Assembly: GCA_014879535.1 (NCBI GenBank) | Contig: JACSRX010000029.1 | Location: forward strand, 93,476 to 157,475 | From: Chthoniobacterales bacterium | GTDB taxonomy: Bacteria > Verrucomicrobiota > Verrucomicrobiia > Chthoniobacterales > JACTMZ01 | Length of the DNA: 64,000 bases | Direction: 5' to 3' | Shown here: positions 1 to 9,165 of the stretch, one piece after another | Layout of the letters: each line of letters begins with the position of its first letter | How positions within the stretch are numbered: position 1 is the stretch's first letter | Position numbers and translations under genes: made by a program | The notes under the pieces: model-generated | The model's database searches: none | The model's input: only the letters and a program-made list of their open reading frames with translations | What the model was told of the DNA's origin: nothing

Positions 1-367
1 GAATGGGATCCGCCGGCTTGGATGGACGCCCCAAGGCCGCGGCAATGACCAAAAACAGCATCGCGGCATTGGCGGAATGCAGCAACACGCTGGTAAGCCG
101 GTAACCGGAAGGCTCCCTCCCCCAGACCGACGAATCCAGCATCAGGGAGGCAAGGAGCAGCGGTCGGTTCCGGTCGAGTTCATCCCGTGACATGACATGC
201 AGACTCAACACATCGCCCCAATGCGAGGGATTGTGGATGTAGTCCCCGTAAAGCACCTGCCCGACGGAATCGTAAACGAAGCCGCCCCGCACCGTGGGGA
301 AATAAAGAACCGCGACCAGCAGGAAGATCGCGGGTGCGCCAATCCAAGGACATCGGGGCAGAAACAC
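1..367 (-). CDS. Partial N-terminal part of a TMTC/PMT-like (DUF1736-type) membrane glycosyltransferase-family protein; runs off the window start
   Basis: Own minus-strand translation; the ORF is open at the window edge and absent from the track. It reads ...GAPAIFLLVAVLYFPTVRGGFVYDSVGQVLYGDYIHNPSHWGDVL...DRNRPLLLASLMLDSSVWGREPSGYRLTSVLLHSANAAMLFLV. The pattern F-x-Y-D ... RPL ... G-x-x-P-x-GY-x-L ... LH is typical of this family. Start uncertain (GTG near 367). Confidence 0.4.
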   Translation of the reverse strand, partial: MFLPRCPWIGAPAIFLLVAVLYFPTVRGGFVYDSVGQVLYGDYIHNPSHWGDVLSLHVMSRDELDRNRPLLLASLMLDSSVWGREPSGYRLTSVLLHSANAAMLFLVIAAALGRPSKPADPI

Positions 368-432
368 AGCCGATGCTGGAAGCCTCCCCCTCCGAATTGA
401 AGGAGAAAATCCCTCGTCCGCGGCAACTCCGC

Positions 433-1458
433 CTATTTTCCGAGGTAAACCTCCGCCACAGCCTTCGCCGCGCCGGAAAGCGCCTCCCGAAGTTCTCCCG
501 GTTCGAGCACCTCGGCGTCCGCGCCCCACCCCAGAATCCATTGCCGCAGGTCGGGTGACAGCCCCACATCCATCGTCAGAACAAGCCCGTCTCCATCGCG
601 ATCGAATCGCTGGGAGGCATGCCATACCCGTTCACCGACGAGACGGGAGGCGACACCCGTGAAACGCAAACGCACCTTCCGGGCCTGCCCGCCCTCGAAC
701 ACGGCGAAACTCCCCTCGAGAATTTTTGCAAGGGAGAATTTTTTCGGACGCTTGAAGCTTATGCCGGTCCGTTCGACGGAACGTATCCTCGGCAGCGCGA
801 ATGTCCGGACCGCCCCGCGGGCGGGATCATGGCCGAACAAATACCATTGGTTCTCGATGCAACCGAGGTGGTAGGGGCGGGCCGTTCTCTGCTCCTCCTT
901 CTCTCCGGCGAGTTTGTGGTAGGAGAAGGAAACCTCATTTCCGTCCATCACCGCGTTGGCCAAGGCATCGAAGACTTCCATGTCGGCAAGTCCCGTCCCG
1001 CTGTGATGGACGGACAGCGCCTGCTCGAGTTCGTGCCATGCCACCTCCATCTCGCCACCCAGGGAATGGCTCAGCTTGCGGAATGCGCCCGCCAGCGGCT
1101 GCTCGAATGCCGTGCCGCGGAATTGCTCCAGTGATTTTTGCGCCAGCAGAAGCGCGGCCACTTCACCCTGGGAAATTTTCATCACGGGAAAATCCTTCAC
1201 CGCAGCGGTGTAATGGAACCCGTGCCTCACGGCATCGTAGGCCAAGGGCAACTCCAGACGGTCGCGCATGAACTCGATGTCGCGCATGACTGTCTTCGAG
1301 GAAACCTCGAGTGATTCGGCAAGGCGGCGGCAGTTCGGATATTCGCCCCGGGTAAGCTCCTGATGGATGCGCCACATGCGCTCCATCGGCGGACGGCTTC
1401 TCAGCACATCGGGCCGGCGTCTGGGGGCCTTGATTTTTTCCGGGCATTTTTCGGGCAT
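433..1458 (-). CDS. HTH-WYL-WCX transcriptional regulator (BrxR/CapW/PafBC-like architecture)
   Basis: N-terminal DeoR-like HTH (YPNCRRLAESLEVSSKTVMRDIEFMRDRL). Central WYL motif (GCIENQWYLFGHD). C-terminal extension ending ...WILGWGADAEVLEPGELR. Confidence 0.8.
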   Translation of the reverse strand: MPEKCPEKIKAPRRRPDVLRSRPPMERMWRIHQELTRGEYPNCRRLAESLEVSSKTVMRDIEFMRDRLELPLAYDAVRHGFHYTAAVKDFPVMKISQGEVAALLLAQKSLEQFRGTAFEQPLAGAFRKLSHSLGGEMEVAWHELEQALSVHHSGTGLADMEVFDALANAVMDGNEVSFSYHKLAGEKEEQRTARPYHLGCIENQWYLFGHDPARGAVRTFALPRIRSVERTGISFKRPKKFSLAKILEGSFAVFEGGQARKVRLRFTGVASRLVGERVWHASQRFDRDGDGLVLTMDVGLSPDLRQWILGWGADAEVLEPGELREALSGAAKAVAEVYLGK

Positions 1459-1684
1459 ATGACAGCGTATGTCCTACCCCATCGTCCAAACTTGCCCGCG
1501 ATGAAAGCAAAAAACCACATTGGCAAAACCCGCAGGCACAACCATCGCAGCAATGAGCTCCTTCCACATGAGTTGGGCGCGCACTTGTTCGCCCTCATCC
1601 GCCGCAACCTTGCAGCACGACGCGAGCCGTCCGTGGCTCGGGACGTGCAACTGACCTTCGCCTTTCAGTCGGAGTGACCGCCGC

Positions 1685-2206
1685 TCAGGTGGTCACAATC
1701 ACAATGACTGCGTAGCAGGCTGCCAAGACCCCAACCCCGGCCAGTCCCCACGCCACCATGTCCAGCTTGTCCTTGGATGCGACCGGACGCGGCAGCGGCG
1801 ACATGTAGCTGAAATTGCCGGGGCGCCCCCCGCTTGTTGCGGCCGGCTCGGAACCGGCCACCGGCGGGATCGGTCCGCTCTCCACGACCTCCTCCTGCAC
1901 CACCGCGGGAGCGCCCTCATCCCCCACGAGAAAAACGGAGCGAACGCTCCCGAAATATATCTCGTCCCCATCGTTCAGCACGCGCCGTCCGGTGACCTGC
2001 TCCCCGTTGACGAATGTGCCGTTGGTGGAGCCCAAGTCATGGAGGGTGACCTCCCCATCCTGCGCCACGACCTGCGCATGGCGGCTGGAAACCGACCCCT
2101 CGTCCAATGCGATGTCATTGTCTCCCAAGCGGCCGACCGTGAGCTGATTGTCGACGAACTCGTGGATGGTTGGACTGTCCTCGGGGAAATATACGGTCAG
2201 GCGCAT
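1685..2206 (-). CDS. FHA-domain protein with C-terminal transmembrane anchor
   Basis: FHA signature LTVGRLGDNDIALDEGSVSSRHAQV...LHDLGSTNGTFVNGEQV. Hydrophobic C-terminus MVAWGLAGVGVLAACYAVIVIV. Confidence 0.8.
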   Translation of the reverse strand: MRLTVYFPEDSPTIHEFVDNQLTVGRLGDNDIALDEGSVSSRHAQVVAQDGEVTLHDLGSTNGTFVNGEQVTGRRVLNDGDEIYFGSVRSVFLVGDEGAPAVVQEEVVESGPIPPVAGSEPAATSGGRPGNFSYMSPLPRPVASKDKLDMVAWGLAGVGVLAACYAVIVIVTT

Positions 2207-2221
2207 GGGTGTCCGAGAGTA

Positions 2222-3403
2222 TCAACCCGCCTTTGTCTCATCAATCAGTTTGGCAAACTGGTCGAAGAAGTAGCCGGCGTCATGCGGCCCAGGAGCGGCC
2301 TCCGGGTGGTATTGGACACTGAAAACCGGCATCGACTTGCTCCGCAACCCCTCAACCGTGCCGTCGTTGAGATTGATGTGCGTCACCTCGGCATCGGAGG
2401 GCAGCGAATCTGCATCCACCGCAAACCCGTGGTTCTGCGAAGTGATGGAAACCCTGTCTGTGAGCAGATCCTTCACCGGCTGGTTGCCTCCGCGGTGGCC
2501 GAATTTCAATTTGAACGTCTTCCCCCCCAGTGCATAGCCGAGAATCTGGTGACCGAGGCAGATCCCGAAAATCGGCTTGCGACCGAGCAACCCGCGCACC
2601 GCGGCATGGATGTAGTCGAGGGCCGCGGGATCGCCGGGACCGTTCGAAAGAAACACCCCGTCCGGCTTCATGGCCAACACATCCTCCGCGGACGTGTCGG
2701 CGGGAACCACACGGACCGCCAACCCGCGCTGGCGCAGCCCCCGGAGAATGTTGCGCTTCATCCCGAAATCATAAGCCACCACCCGGTGCCGCACGGGAGG
2801 CAGCATGCCGAAGACGTTCCCCAACGGATCACAAACTCCGCCATCCGGAAAAGTGCTCTGGACCAGCTGCCACGGCCGGCTTTCGGCGTCGTCCGGATCC
2901 CAGTCGAAGGCCTCCCGCACCGTGACCTCGCGCACAAAATCCATGCCCACCACCCCGTCGCCCGTGCGGGCCCTGCTCACCGCCTCTTCCGGGATCATCG
3001 GCTCCGTGGTCAGGCATGCCTTCATCGCGCCGGCCTCGCGCAGGTGCTTGGTCAGGGCCCGTGTGTCCACCTCCTGGATGCCGGGGATGGCATGGCGCTT
3101 CAGGTATTCATCGAGCGATTCCTCCGACCGCCAGTTGCTCGGGGCATCCGTCAGCTCTTCAATGACAAAACCGCGCACCTGCGGGCACCCGCTTTCCTCG
3201 TCGAGCACGTTCACCCCGTAGTTCCCGATGTGCGGATTGGTCATGGCCACGATCTGGCCGAAGTAGGACGGATCGGTCAGCACCTCCTGATAGCCGCTCA
3301 GGGACGTGTTGAAGCAAATCTCCCCCGTCGTTGTCCCCGTCGCGCCGAACGCCTCGCCGTGGAACACCCGCCCGTCCTCAAGAGCCAGTAAAGCCTTCAT
3401 CAT
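2222..3403 (-). CDS. carA: Carbamoyl-phosphate synthase small (glutamine amidotransferase) subunit
   Basis: N-terminus [21 protein letters not shown]...[21 protein letters not shown]. Catalytic GICLGHQ. C-terminal FSVQYHPEA. Confidence 0.95.
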   Translation of the reverse strand: MMKALLALEDGRVFHGEAFGATGTTTGEICFNTSLSGYQEVLTDPSYFGQIVAMTNPHIGNYGVNVLDEESGCPQVRGFVIEELTDAPSNWRSEESLDEYLKRHAIPGIQEVDTRALTKHLREAGAMKACLTTEPMIPEEAVSRARTGDGVVGMDFVREVTVREAFDWDPDDAESRPWQLVQSTFPDGGVCDPLGNVFGMLPPVRHRVVAYDFGMKRNILRGLRQRGLAVRVVPADTSAEDVLAMKPDGVFLSNGPGDPAALDYIHAAVRGLLGRKPIFGICLGHQILGYALGGKTFKLKFGHRGGNQPVKDLLTDRVSITSQNHGFAVDADSLPSDAEVTHINLNDGTVEGLRSKSMPVFSVQYHPEAAPGPHDAGYFFDQFAKLIDETKAG

Positions 3404-3472
3404 GTGCGAATCCTTCTATCCGTCCGCCGCCGTGCGGACAAATCATATCCGGCGCATGCGAACCGCGGGACG

Positions 3473-3500
3473 AAAAAGCCTCCCGCGAGGGGAGGCTTTT
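3473..3500 (-). terminator. Rho-independent terminator-like hairpin (GCCTCCC / 5-nt loop / GGGAGGC) with flanking A and T runs
   Basis: Plus strand reads AAAAAGCCTCCCGCGAGGGGAGGCTTTT. On the minus strand the stem is followed by TTTTT. It lies about 210 nt downstream of the pheT stop and 70 nt upstream of the carA ATG. Confidence 0.6.
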
Positions 3501-3713
3501 CCATGAAAGGATTGCCCCGGATGAGCCGTCACGGCCCAATTCCCGATCCCTTGAAAGCAAGGGCGGATGACCGCCGCACACAGCGCGGACTTCCAATCAA
3601 GGCATGTCCTTGCCGCCCGCAGCTCAGCCTCCTGGGAAACAAGTAATACGGTTCGGGGTTTGGATCGTTTACTCGAACCCTCCAGGGCAAATGTTTTCCG
3701 CGATGCGAAAGAT

Positions 3714-6062
3714 CTAAGCGCGAAAATCGGCCCCCAGCTCCGCTTTCGCGTGATCGCGCAGCGTTTCGACCGCGCGGTCAATTTCGTCCGAGGTCAATGT
3801 TCGACTCGCGTCCCGGAATGTCAAGGCGACCGTGAGCGCGCGCCGATCCGCGGGAAGCGCCTCCCCGAAAGCGTCCGTGAATACGTCCTTCAAAGCGAAA
3901 GTTTCAAGGTGCGGCACACGCACGCGGCGGAGCGCCGCCTCGATGTCGGCATATGGAACCCCGCGGGGGAGAACGATGGACAAGTCCCGCTCCACGGCCG
4001 GAAATTTCGGAAGGTTCCGCACCCGCACGTCGCCCGAAACCAGCTCCAGCCAAGGGCCGACGATCAATTCCGCGTAATACACCGGCGACCGGGCCTCATG
4101 GTCCTGCGCCAATGTCTTGGGCAGACGCTGGATGGTTCCCTGCACGCCGCTTTCGCCGGACACCCGCATCGCCAAGCCTCCGCCGTCGGATGCGTCGAAT
4201 GCCAACGGACCGAGCACACATTCCAACACCCCTTTCAAATCGTGGAAATCCGCGGGCGTCCCCGCCTCCTTCCACGATGCCGCCCGCGCCTCGCCGCTGG
4301 CGATGAGACCGAGCGCTGTGCACTCCTCCCGCCCCTCCGTGGAGAAAACCTGTCCGAGCTCGAAAAGCCGCACGGATCGGGCGCCGTGCCGGAAATTGTG
4401 CGCCATGGCACCGAGCAACCCGGCACGCAGGACCGGACGCAGAAACGCCTGATCCGCCCCGAGCGGGTTCCGGATGGCGACCGCACCGGCCGCGGGGACC
4501 CCGGCCTCCGCCAGCGCCTCGGCGGAAACAAAGTGGGATGTTCGCGCCTCGCTGAAGCCCTGGGCGCGCAAACGGCTCCGCAGAACCTCGGCGCGGTCGT
4601 GACGCAGATCCGCCAAAGACGCCGCCGCGGGGAATCCACGCAGACGTGAGGGAACACGCTCAATGCCCGCCACGCGGATCACCTCCTCGATCAAATCCAC
4701 GGCTCGTGTCAAATCGGGACGGAATGCGGGAATCCGCCATGTGCCCCGATCCTTTCTCTCAAGCCCCAAGCGGACGAGGATCGCATCGATCTCCTCGTCG
4801 CCAATCTCCAATCCGAGCAAATCCCGGCAATGCCCGTAATCAAGGGCGATCTCCCTCTCCTCCCGCGGCAATTCCCCGGCCACGAACACCCCGGCTTCGG
4901 GAGTGCCGCCTGCCGTCTCCAAGATCAGCCCGGTCGCACGAGCCGAGGCGGCGAGCACGCCCTCGGGATTGACGCGTCTTTCAAAACGGTAGCTTGAATC
5001 CGTGGTGCATCCGAGTTCCCTCGATGTCCGCCGCACGCGTGATGGCTCGAACCACGCGCTCTCCAGCAGAAGATCGACCGTGGAAGGTTCCACGCCGGTT
5101 TCGGCGCCACCCATCACGCCCGCAAGCGCAACCGCTCCGCTCTGGTCCGCGATGACAAGGTCGTGCGGGCGGAGTTGCCGGGTGATGCCATCCAAGCCGT
5201 GGAGCGTTTCCCCATCCCGTGCCGCGCGGACCACAATGCCGCCTGAGAGCTTGGCCAGATCAAAGGCGTGCAGCGGCTGCCCCGTCTCCATGAGCACGTA
5301 ATTCGTCACATCGACCACGTTGTTGATCGGACGGAGTCCCACCGCCGCCAAACGGTCTGCCAGCCATGCCGGACTCGGTCCGATTTTGACGCCGCGGATG
5401 ATGCGGGCCGAATAAAACGCACACCCGGCATCCTCGATGTTGATGCGGCCCGGCTCCGCCGTCGCGACGGGTGGAAGCGGCGGCGAGGATGCCGCGTTTC
5501 CCGTCAATGCCGCCCCGGTCAGCGCCGACAACTCCCGCGCCACGCCGAGGTAGCCCAGCATGTCGGGCCGGTTGGGCGTGACCTCCAATTCCAGCAACGT
5601 GTTCGGCGGGAAAAGCTCTCGGACCGGACGACCGACCGTGGAATCCGCGGGCAGAATCATCAATCCCTCGGCATCATCCGCCAAGGCGAGTTCCTTCGCG
5701 CTGCACATCATCCCCTCCGAGGCGACGCCGCGGAGTTTCCCCGATTTGATCTTGAAGTCCGGTCCCAACACGGCCCCGGGCAGCGCCAGCGGCACCTTGT
5801 CGCCGACGCGGTAGTTCTTCGCGCCGCAGACGATCTGCCGGGGTTGCCCGCTCCCGTCATCGACCTGGCACACGCTCAACCGGTCGGCATTCGGATGCTG
5901 CTCGCTCGAAAGAATCTGCGCCACGACGACCTTGTCGGGAACGTCGCCGCGCGTCATCCGTCCGACAACCTCGGTGCCACCCGCCGTGAGTGCATCGGCC
6001 AAAGCGTCTGCGGTGCCGGGCAGCGCCACGTAATCCGCCAGCCATTCGAGGGAGATTTTCAT
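3714..6062 (-). CDS. pheT: Phenylalanine--tRNA ligase beta subunit
   Basis: 782 aa. N-terminal tRNA-binding domain (VVVAQILSSEQHPNADRLSVCQVDDG...KIKSGKLRGV.SEGMMCS). 4-nt ATGA overlap with pheS. Confidence 0.95.
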   Translation of the reverse strand: MKISLEWLADYVALPGTADALADALTAGGTEVVGRMTRGDVPDKVVVAQILSSEQHPNADRLSVCQVDDGSGQPRQIVCGAKNYRVGDKVPLALPGAVLGPDFKIKSGKLRGVASEGMMCSAKELALADDAEGLMILPADSTVGRPVRELFPPNTLLELEVTPNRPDMLGYLGVARELSALTGAALTGNAASSPPLPPVATAEPGRINIEDAGCAFYSARIIRGVKIGPSPAWLADRLAAVGLRPINNVVDVTNYVLMETGQPLHAFDLAKLSGGIVVRAARDGETLHGLDGITRQLRPHDLVIADQSGAVALAGVMGGAETGVEPSTVDLLLESAWFEPSRVRRTSRELGCTTDSSYRFERRVNPEGVLAASARATGLILETAGGTPEAGVFVAGELPREEREIALDYGHCRDLLGLEIGDEEIDAILVRLGLERKDRGTWRIPAFRPDLTRAVDLIEEVIRVAGIERVPSRLRGFPAAASLADLRHDRAEVLRSRLRAQGFSEARTSHFVSAEALAEAGVPAAGAVAIRNPLGADQAFLRPVLRAGLLGAMAHNFRHGARSVRLFELGQVFSTEGREECTALGLIASGEARAASWKEAGTPADFHDLKGVLECVLGPLAFDASDGGGLAMRVSGESGVQGTIQRLPKTLAQDHEARSPVYYAELIVGPWLELVSGDVRVRNLPKFPAVERDLSIVLPRGVPYADIEAALRRVRVPHLETFALKDVFTDAFGEALPADRRALTVALTFRDASRTLTSDEIDRAVETLRDHAKAELGADFRA

Positions 6063-7078
6063 GGCGCGAACTGCGAAAGGAAACGCTGGTCGTTCTCGAC
6101 GAACATCCGGATATCCGGAACGCCGTAAAGGATCATCGCCAGCCGTTCGAGGCCGAAACCGAAGGCGAACCCCGTGACTTTGTCCGGATCGAACGCCCGG
6201 TCGCCCCGCCTCGCGTTGATCTGCTCGAACACGGCGGGGTCCACCATGCCGCAGCCGGCCAGTTCAAGCCAGCGTGTCCCCCCACCCAACGCGGCGGCGC
6301 GCACGTCGAGCTCGTAGCTCGGTTCCGTGAACGGGAAAAAATGCGGACGGAAGCGCACACTCGTGTCCGGCCCGAACAACTCGCGGAAGAAAAACTCAAG
6401 CGTCCCCTTGAGGTCGCCAAGGGTGACTCCCTCGTCGACGTAAAGCCCCTCCATCTGCGTGAACTGCGCCAGATGCGTGGCATCCACCTCATCGCGCCGG
6501 TAGGCGGCGCCGGGGGATATGATGCGCACCGGGGGCGCCTGTCCTTCCATCGTGCGGATTTGCACGCTCGACGTGTGCGTGCGCAGCAACCGCCCGTCGG
6601 GAAGGTAAAACGTGTCCTGCTCGTTGCGCGCCGGATGGTCCTCCGGGGTGTTGAGCGCATCAAAGCAGTGCCACTCCGTCTCGATGTCCGGGCCCTCGGC
6701 CAGCGCGAAGCCCATGCGGCGGAAAATCTCCACGGCCCGGCGTTGGAGGACTTGGAGTGGATGCATGCTGCCGACCGCCCGGGCGACTCCGGGCAGCGTC
6801 GGATCCACACCCGCCAGTTCGGCCTCCTCGGCCGCGGACTGCAGCGCCGCGGTGCGTTCCTCAAGCGCGGCGGACACCGCTTGGCGGACTTCGTGGAGAA
6901 GCTTGCCGATTTCCGGCCGCTCCTCCTTCGCCAGGTGGCGCATCTGCTCCCCGGCATTGGTCAGCCGCCCCGCACGGCCGACATAGGCCACGCGCACGCG
7001 GTCCAACGCCGGGGAGTCGGTTGCGGACGCGATGTCACGCAGCGCCTCCCCGCGCAGGACGTTCAGTTCCTCCCGCAT
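6059..7078 (-). CDS. pheS: Phenylalanine--tRNA ligase alpha subunit
   Basis: Class II core motifs FRPHFFPFTEPS and GCGMVDP...GFAFGFGLERLAMI. Confidence 0.95.
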   Translation of the reverse strand: MREELNVLRGEALRDIASATDSPALDRVRVAYVGRAGRLTNAGEQMRHLAKEERPEIGKLLHEVRQAVSAALEERTAALQSAAEEAELAGVDPTLPGVARAVGSMHPLQVLQRRAVEIFRRMGFALAEGPDIETEWHCFDALNTPEDHPARNEQDTFYLPDGRLLRTHTSSVQIRTMEGQAPPVRIISPGAAYRRDEVDATHLAQFTQMEGLYVDEGVTLGDLKGTLEFFFRELFGPDTSVRFRPHFFPFTEPSYELDVRAAALGGGTRWLELAGCGMVDPAVFEQINARRGDRAFDPDKVTGFAFGFGLERLAMILYGVPDIRMFVENDQRFLSQFAP

Positions 7079-7103
7079 TGGGCGGATCTCCCGGCCTGAA
7101 GGA

Positions 7104-7466
7104 TCAGGCGGCCTTGAGTGCCGCGGCGGCCTTGGCCACCACTTGGTTGAAGGCGGCTTCGTCAGCCACGGCCAGATCGGCCAGCATCTTGCGATTGATG
7201 GCGATCGAAGCCTTCTTCAATCCCTCCAGCAGGCGGCTGTAGGTGATTCCCTCGGCGCGGCATGCGGCGTTGATGCGCGTGATCCACAGCCCGCGCAACG
7301 AACGTTTGCGGGTCTTGCGGTCGCGTGTCGCCCAGACCTGGGCCTTCATCCGCGCGTCTTTCGCGTAGCGGAAGAGTTTGCTTCTGCGTCCGCGATAGCC
7401 CTTGGCTTTCTCGACGACTCTTTTGCGCCGCTCACGACTGGCCGGCGCGTTTGTTGCTCTTGGCAT
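7104..7466 (-). CDS. rplT: 50S ribosomal protein L20
   Basis: [38 protein letters not shown]...; 120 aa. Confidence 0.95.
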   Translation of the reverse strand: MPRATNAPASRERRKRVVEKAKGYRGRRSKLFRYAKDARMKAQVWATRDRKTRKRSLRGLWITRINAACRAEGITYSRLLEGLKKASIAINRKMLADLAVADEAAFNQVVAKAAAALKAA

Positions 7467-7585
7467 TTGTTGTCCCGCCTTGCGGCGGTCTCCTTGGGAC
7501 GGATCGTTTCGTTGTTCGGCCCCTCACCTCATCCATCCCGTGAACCCCGATACGCGGGGCCAGGTGCGGCGGCCGGCGTCAATCT

Positions 7586-7795
7586 TCAACCAAAGGGCAG
7601 GTTCTCCTTGATGCGGGCCACGTCGCTCACATCCACGAGGATGTTCTTCGCGAGCTGCCGCTTGCGCTTGGCGCTCTTCGACGCCAGCAAGTGGCGGCGC
7701 GAGGCCTGGGCGCGGAGCACCTTCCCGGAAGCTGTGACCTTGAAACGCTTGGCCACGGCTTTCTTTGTTTTTCTGCGAGCTACCGGTTTCGGCAT
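7586..7795 (-). CDS. rpmI: 50S ribosomal protein L35
   Basis: MPKPVARRKTKKAVAKRFKVTASGKVLRAQASRRHLL...; 69 aa, directly upstream of rplT. Confidence 0.9.
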   Translation of the reverse strand: MPKPVARRKTKKAVAKRFKVTASGKVLRAQASRRHLLASKSAKRKRQLAKNILVDVSDVARIKENLPFG

Positions 7796-7843
7796 AAGCG
7801 AATCACAGTAATGGAAAGGCGCCCTTGCGGCAAACCTTTTCCA

Positions 7844-7990
7844 TCATTCCATCCAGTTGAGGATGTTGAAATTCGCGCTGACCATCACCGTGATGACAAT
7901 CCCGACCGTCAGGATGCCGAGCATTCCGACCGTGGAGGCAATGATGACCAGGGCATTGATGAGCCGGTCTTCGGACTGTGTGTCTTCCAT
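7844..7990 (-). CDS. Small (48 aa) single-pass membrane protein, hypothetical
   Basis: Own translation, below the track length cut-off: MEDTQSEDRLINALVIIASTVGMLGILTVGIVITVMVSANFNILNWME. One clear hydrophobic helix and no homology recognised. Confidence 0.3.
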   Translation of the reverse strand: MEDTQSEDRLINALVIIASTVGMLGILTVGIVITVMVSANFNILNWME

Positions 7991-8056
7991 CAGGGAAGGA
8001 CTACCAGCAAAGCAGGGACCAGACGAGTCCTTTTGCCCGTGGTGGCGCCGGGAAGC

Positions 8057-8602
8057 TCAATGCAGCAGCAGGAAACCCGCCACGCCCCCCGCAAGGATGG
8101 TCAGCGCGGGATTGATGCGCGTGAAGGTCAGCAGCGCGACCACGACGGCACCGATGGCAAGGGTGATGCCATTGTCCTCCCACCCCTTGGCGGGATTGAA
8201 GCTGGCCGTCTTGCCCACCGCATAGGTGCCGGCGAGCATGAGTCCGATGACAATGGGAGCCATCCCCTTTTGAATCGCGTCCCGCCACGGCGATCCGCGG
8301 GCGGACTCCCACAGGCTGCTCACGATGTAGCAGAGGAGGCACGCCGGGAAAAAGAAGGCGAAAAGAACCGCCACTGCGCCGGCCCAACCAGCCACCATGT
8401 AGCCAATGAGGATGACCGAGGTCATGTTCGGTCCGGGAGCGAGCTGACCGAGGCTGTAGATCTCCGCGAACTGCGTGTCGGTGACCCAGTGATGGATATC
8501 GACCGTGTCATGCTTCATCTGCGGCAGAACCGCCGTGCCTCCGCCCACGGCCAGCAGGGACAACAACGCGAAGACGTTGATGAGGTTGACGATGTGGCTC
8601 AT
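8057..8602 (-). CDS. chrA: Chromate transporter (CHR) family half-protein
   Basis: The true start is taken at MSHIVNLINVFALLSLLAVGGGTAVLPQMKHD...; the track ORF extends further upstream. 181 aa, polytopic. 4-nt overlap with the upstream half. Confidence 0.75.
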   Translation of the reverse strand: MSHIVNLINVFALLSLLAVGGGTAVLPQMKHDTVDIHHWVTDTQFAEIYSLGQLAPGPNMTSVILIGYMVAGWAGAVAVLFAFFFPACLLCYIVSSLWESARGSPWRDAIQKGMAPIVIGLMLAGTYAVGKTASFNPAKGWEDNGITLAIGAVVVALLTFTRINPALTILAGGVAGFLLLH

Positions 8603-9165
8603 GCCTCCTCCTTCGAGGTCGTTCCGGCCGGCCGGTTCAGCCAGATCGCCAGAGGCGCGACGCAGAACAAGGTGACCACAAGCGAAATGTGGAAGATTCC
8701 GACGAGGACGAAGACCACGAGGACGAACGCAAGGTCGCGGGGATTGATGAGCTGCTTCCAGCCGATCTTCAGCGTGACCTGCAACAGCAGCCCCACGGCC
8801 GCCGCCGCCACGCCCGAAAGGACGAGTGTGATCACGGGATCGTGCCGGAACCGGGCATAGGCAAGCCCCAGGCCCATGACGATCAGGGCTCCCGGGAGGA
8901 CCATTCCCAGAACCGCCACCGTCGCCCCCATCGGTCCCCGCAGCTTGCGTCCGACGATCACGCTCATGTTGGTCGAGTTCAGCCCCGGCAGCGTCTGGCT
9001 GATCTCCAGGGCCGCCATGAACTCCTCCTCGTCGAGCCACTTCTCCACCTCCACGAGCGTGTGGCGCAGGTAGGCCACGATGCCGCCGCCGAAACTCGTC
9101 ACGCCGATCAGGGCGAAGACGCGGAAGATTTTGGCGAGCGAGGGCTTTTCCGCAACCTCACTCAT
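8599..9165 (-). CDS. chrA: Chromate transporter (CHR) family half-protein
   Basis: FRVFALIGVTSFGGGIVAYLRHTLVEVEKWLDEEEFMAALEISQTLPGLNSTNM is typical of short-chain CHR pairs. Confidence 0.75.
   Translation of the reverse strand: MSEVAEKPSLAKIFRVFALIGVTSFGGGIVAYLRHTLVEVEKWLDEEEFMAALEISQTLPGLNSTNMSVIVGRKLRGPMGATVAVLGMVLPGALIVMGLGLAYARFRHDPVITLVLSGVAAAAVGLLLQVTLKIGWKQLINPRDLAFVLVVFVLVGIFHISLVVTLFCVAPLAIWLNRPAGTTSKEEA

Noticed and set aside
2039-3391. 450-aa plus-strand ORF opposite carA. Similar cases lie opposite pheST (3567..4649, 5990..7099), the RND pump (25983..27764), the GT2 gene (22402..23484), tyrS (21145..22191) and the giant secreted genes (10304..11968, 11993..13357, 14623..15717).
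   Set aside because: All are shadows of genes with strong family signatures on the opposite strand. None has a motif, a signal peptide or a plausible composition.
7586-7843. Absence of infC upstream of rpmI-rplT
   Set aside because: The infC-rpmI-rplT linkage is common but not universal, and infC may lie elsewhere in the genome. The window alone cannot show that this is unusual.
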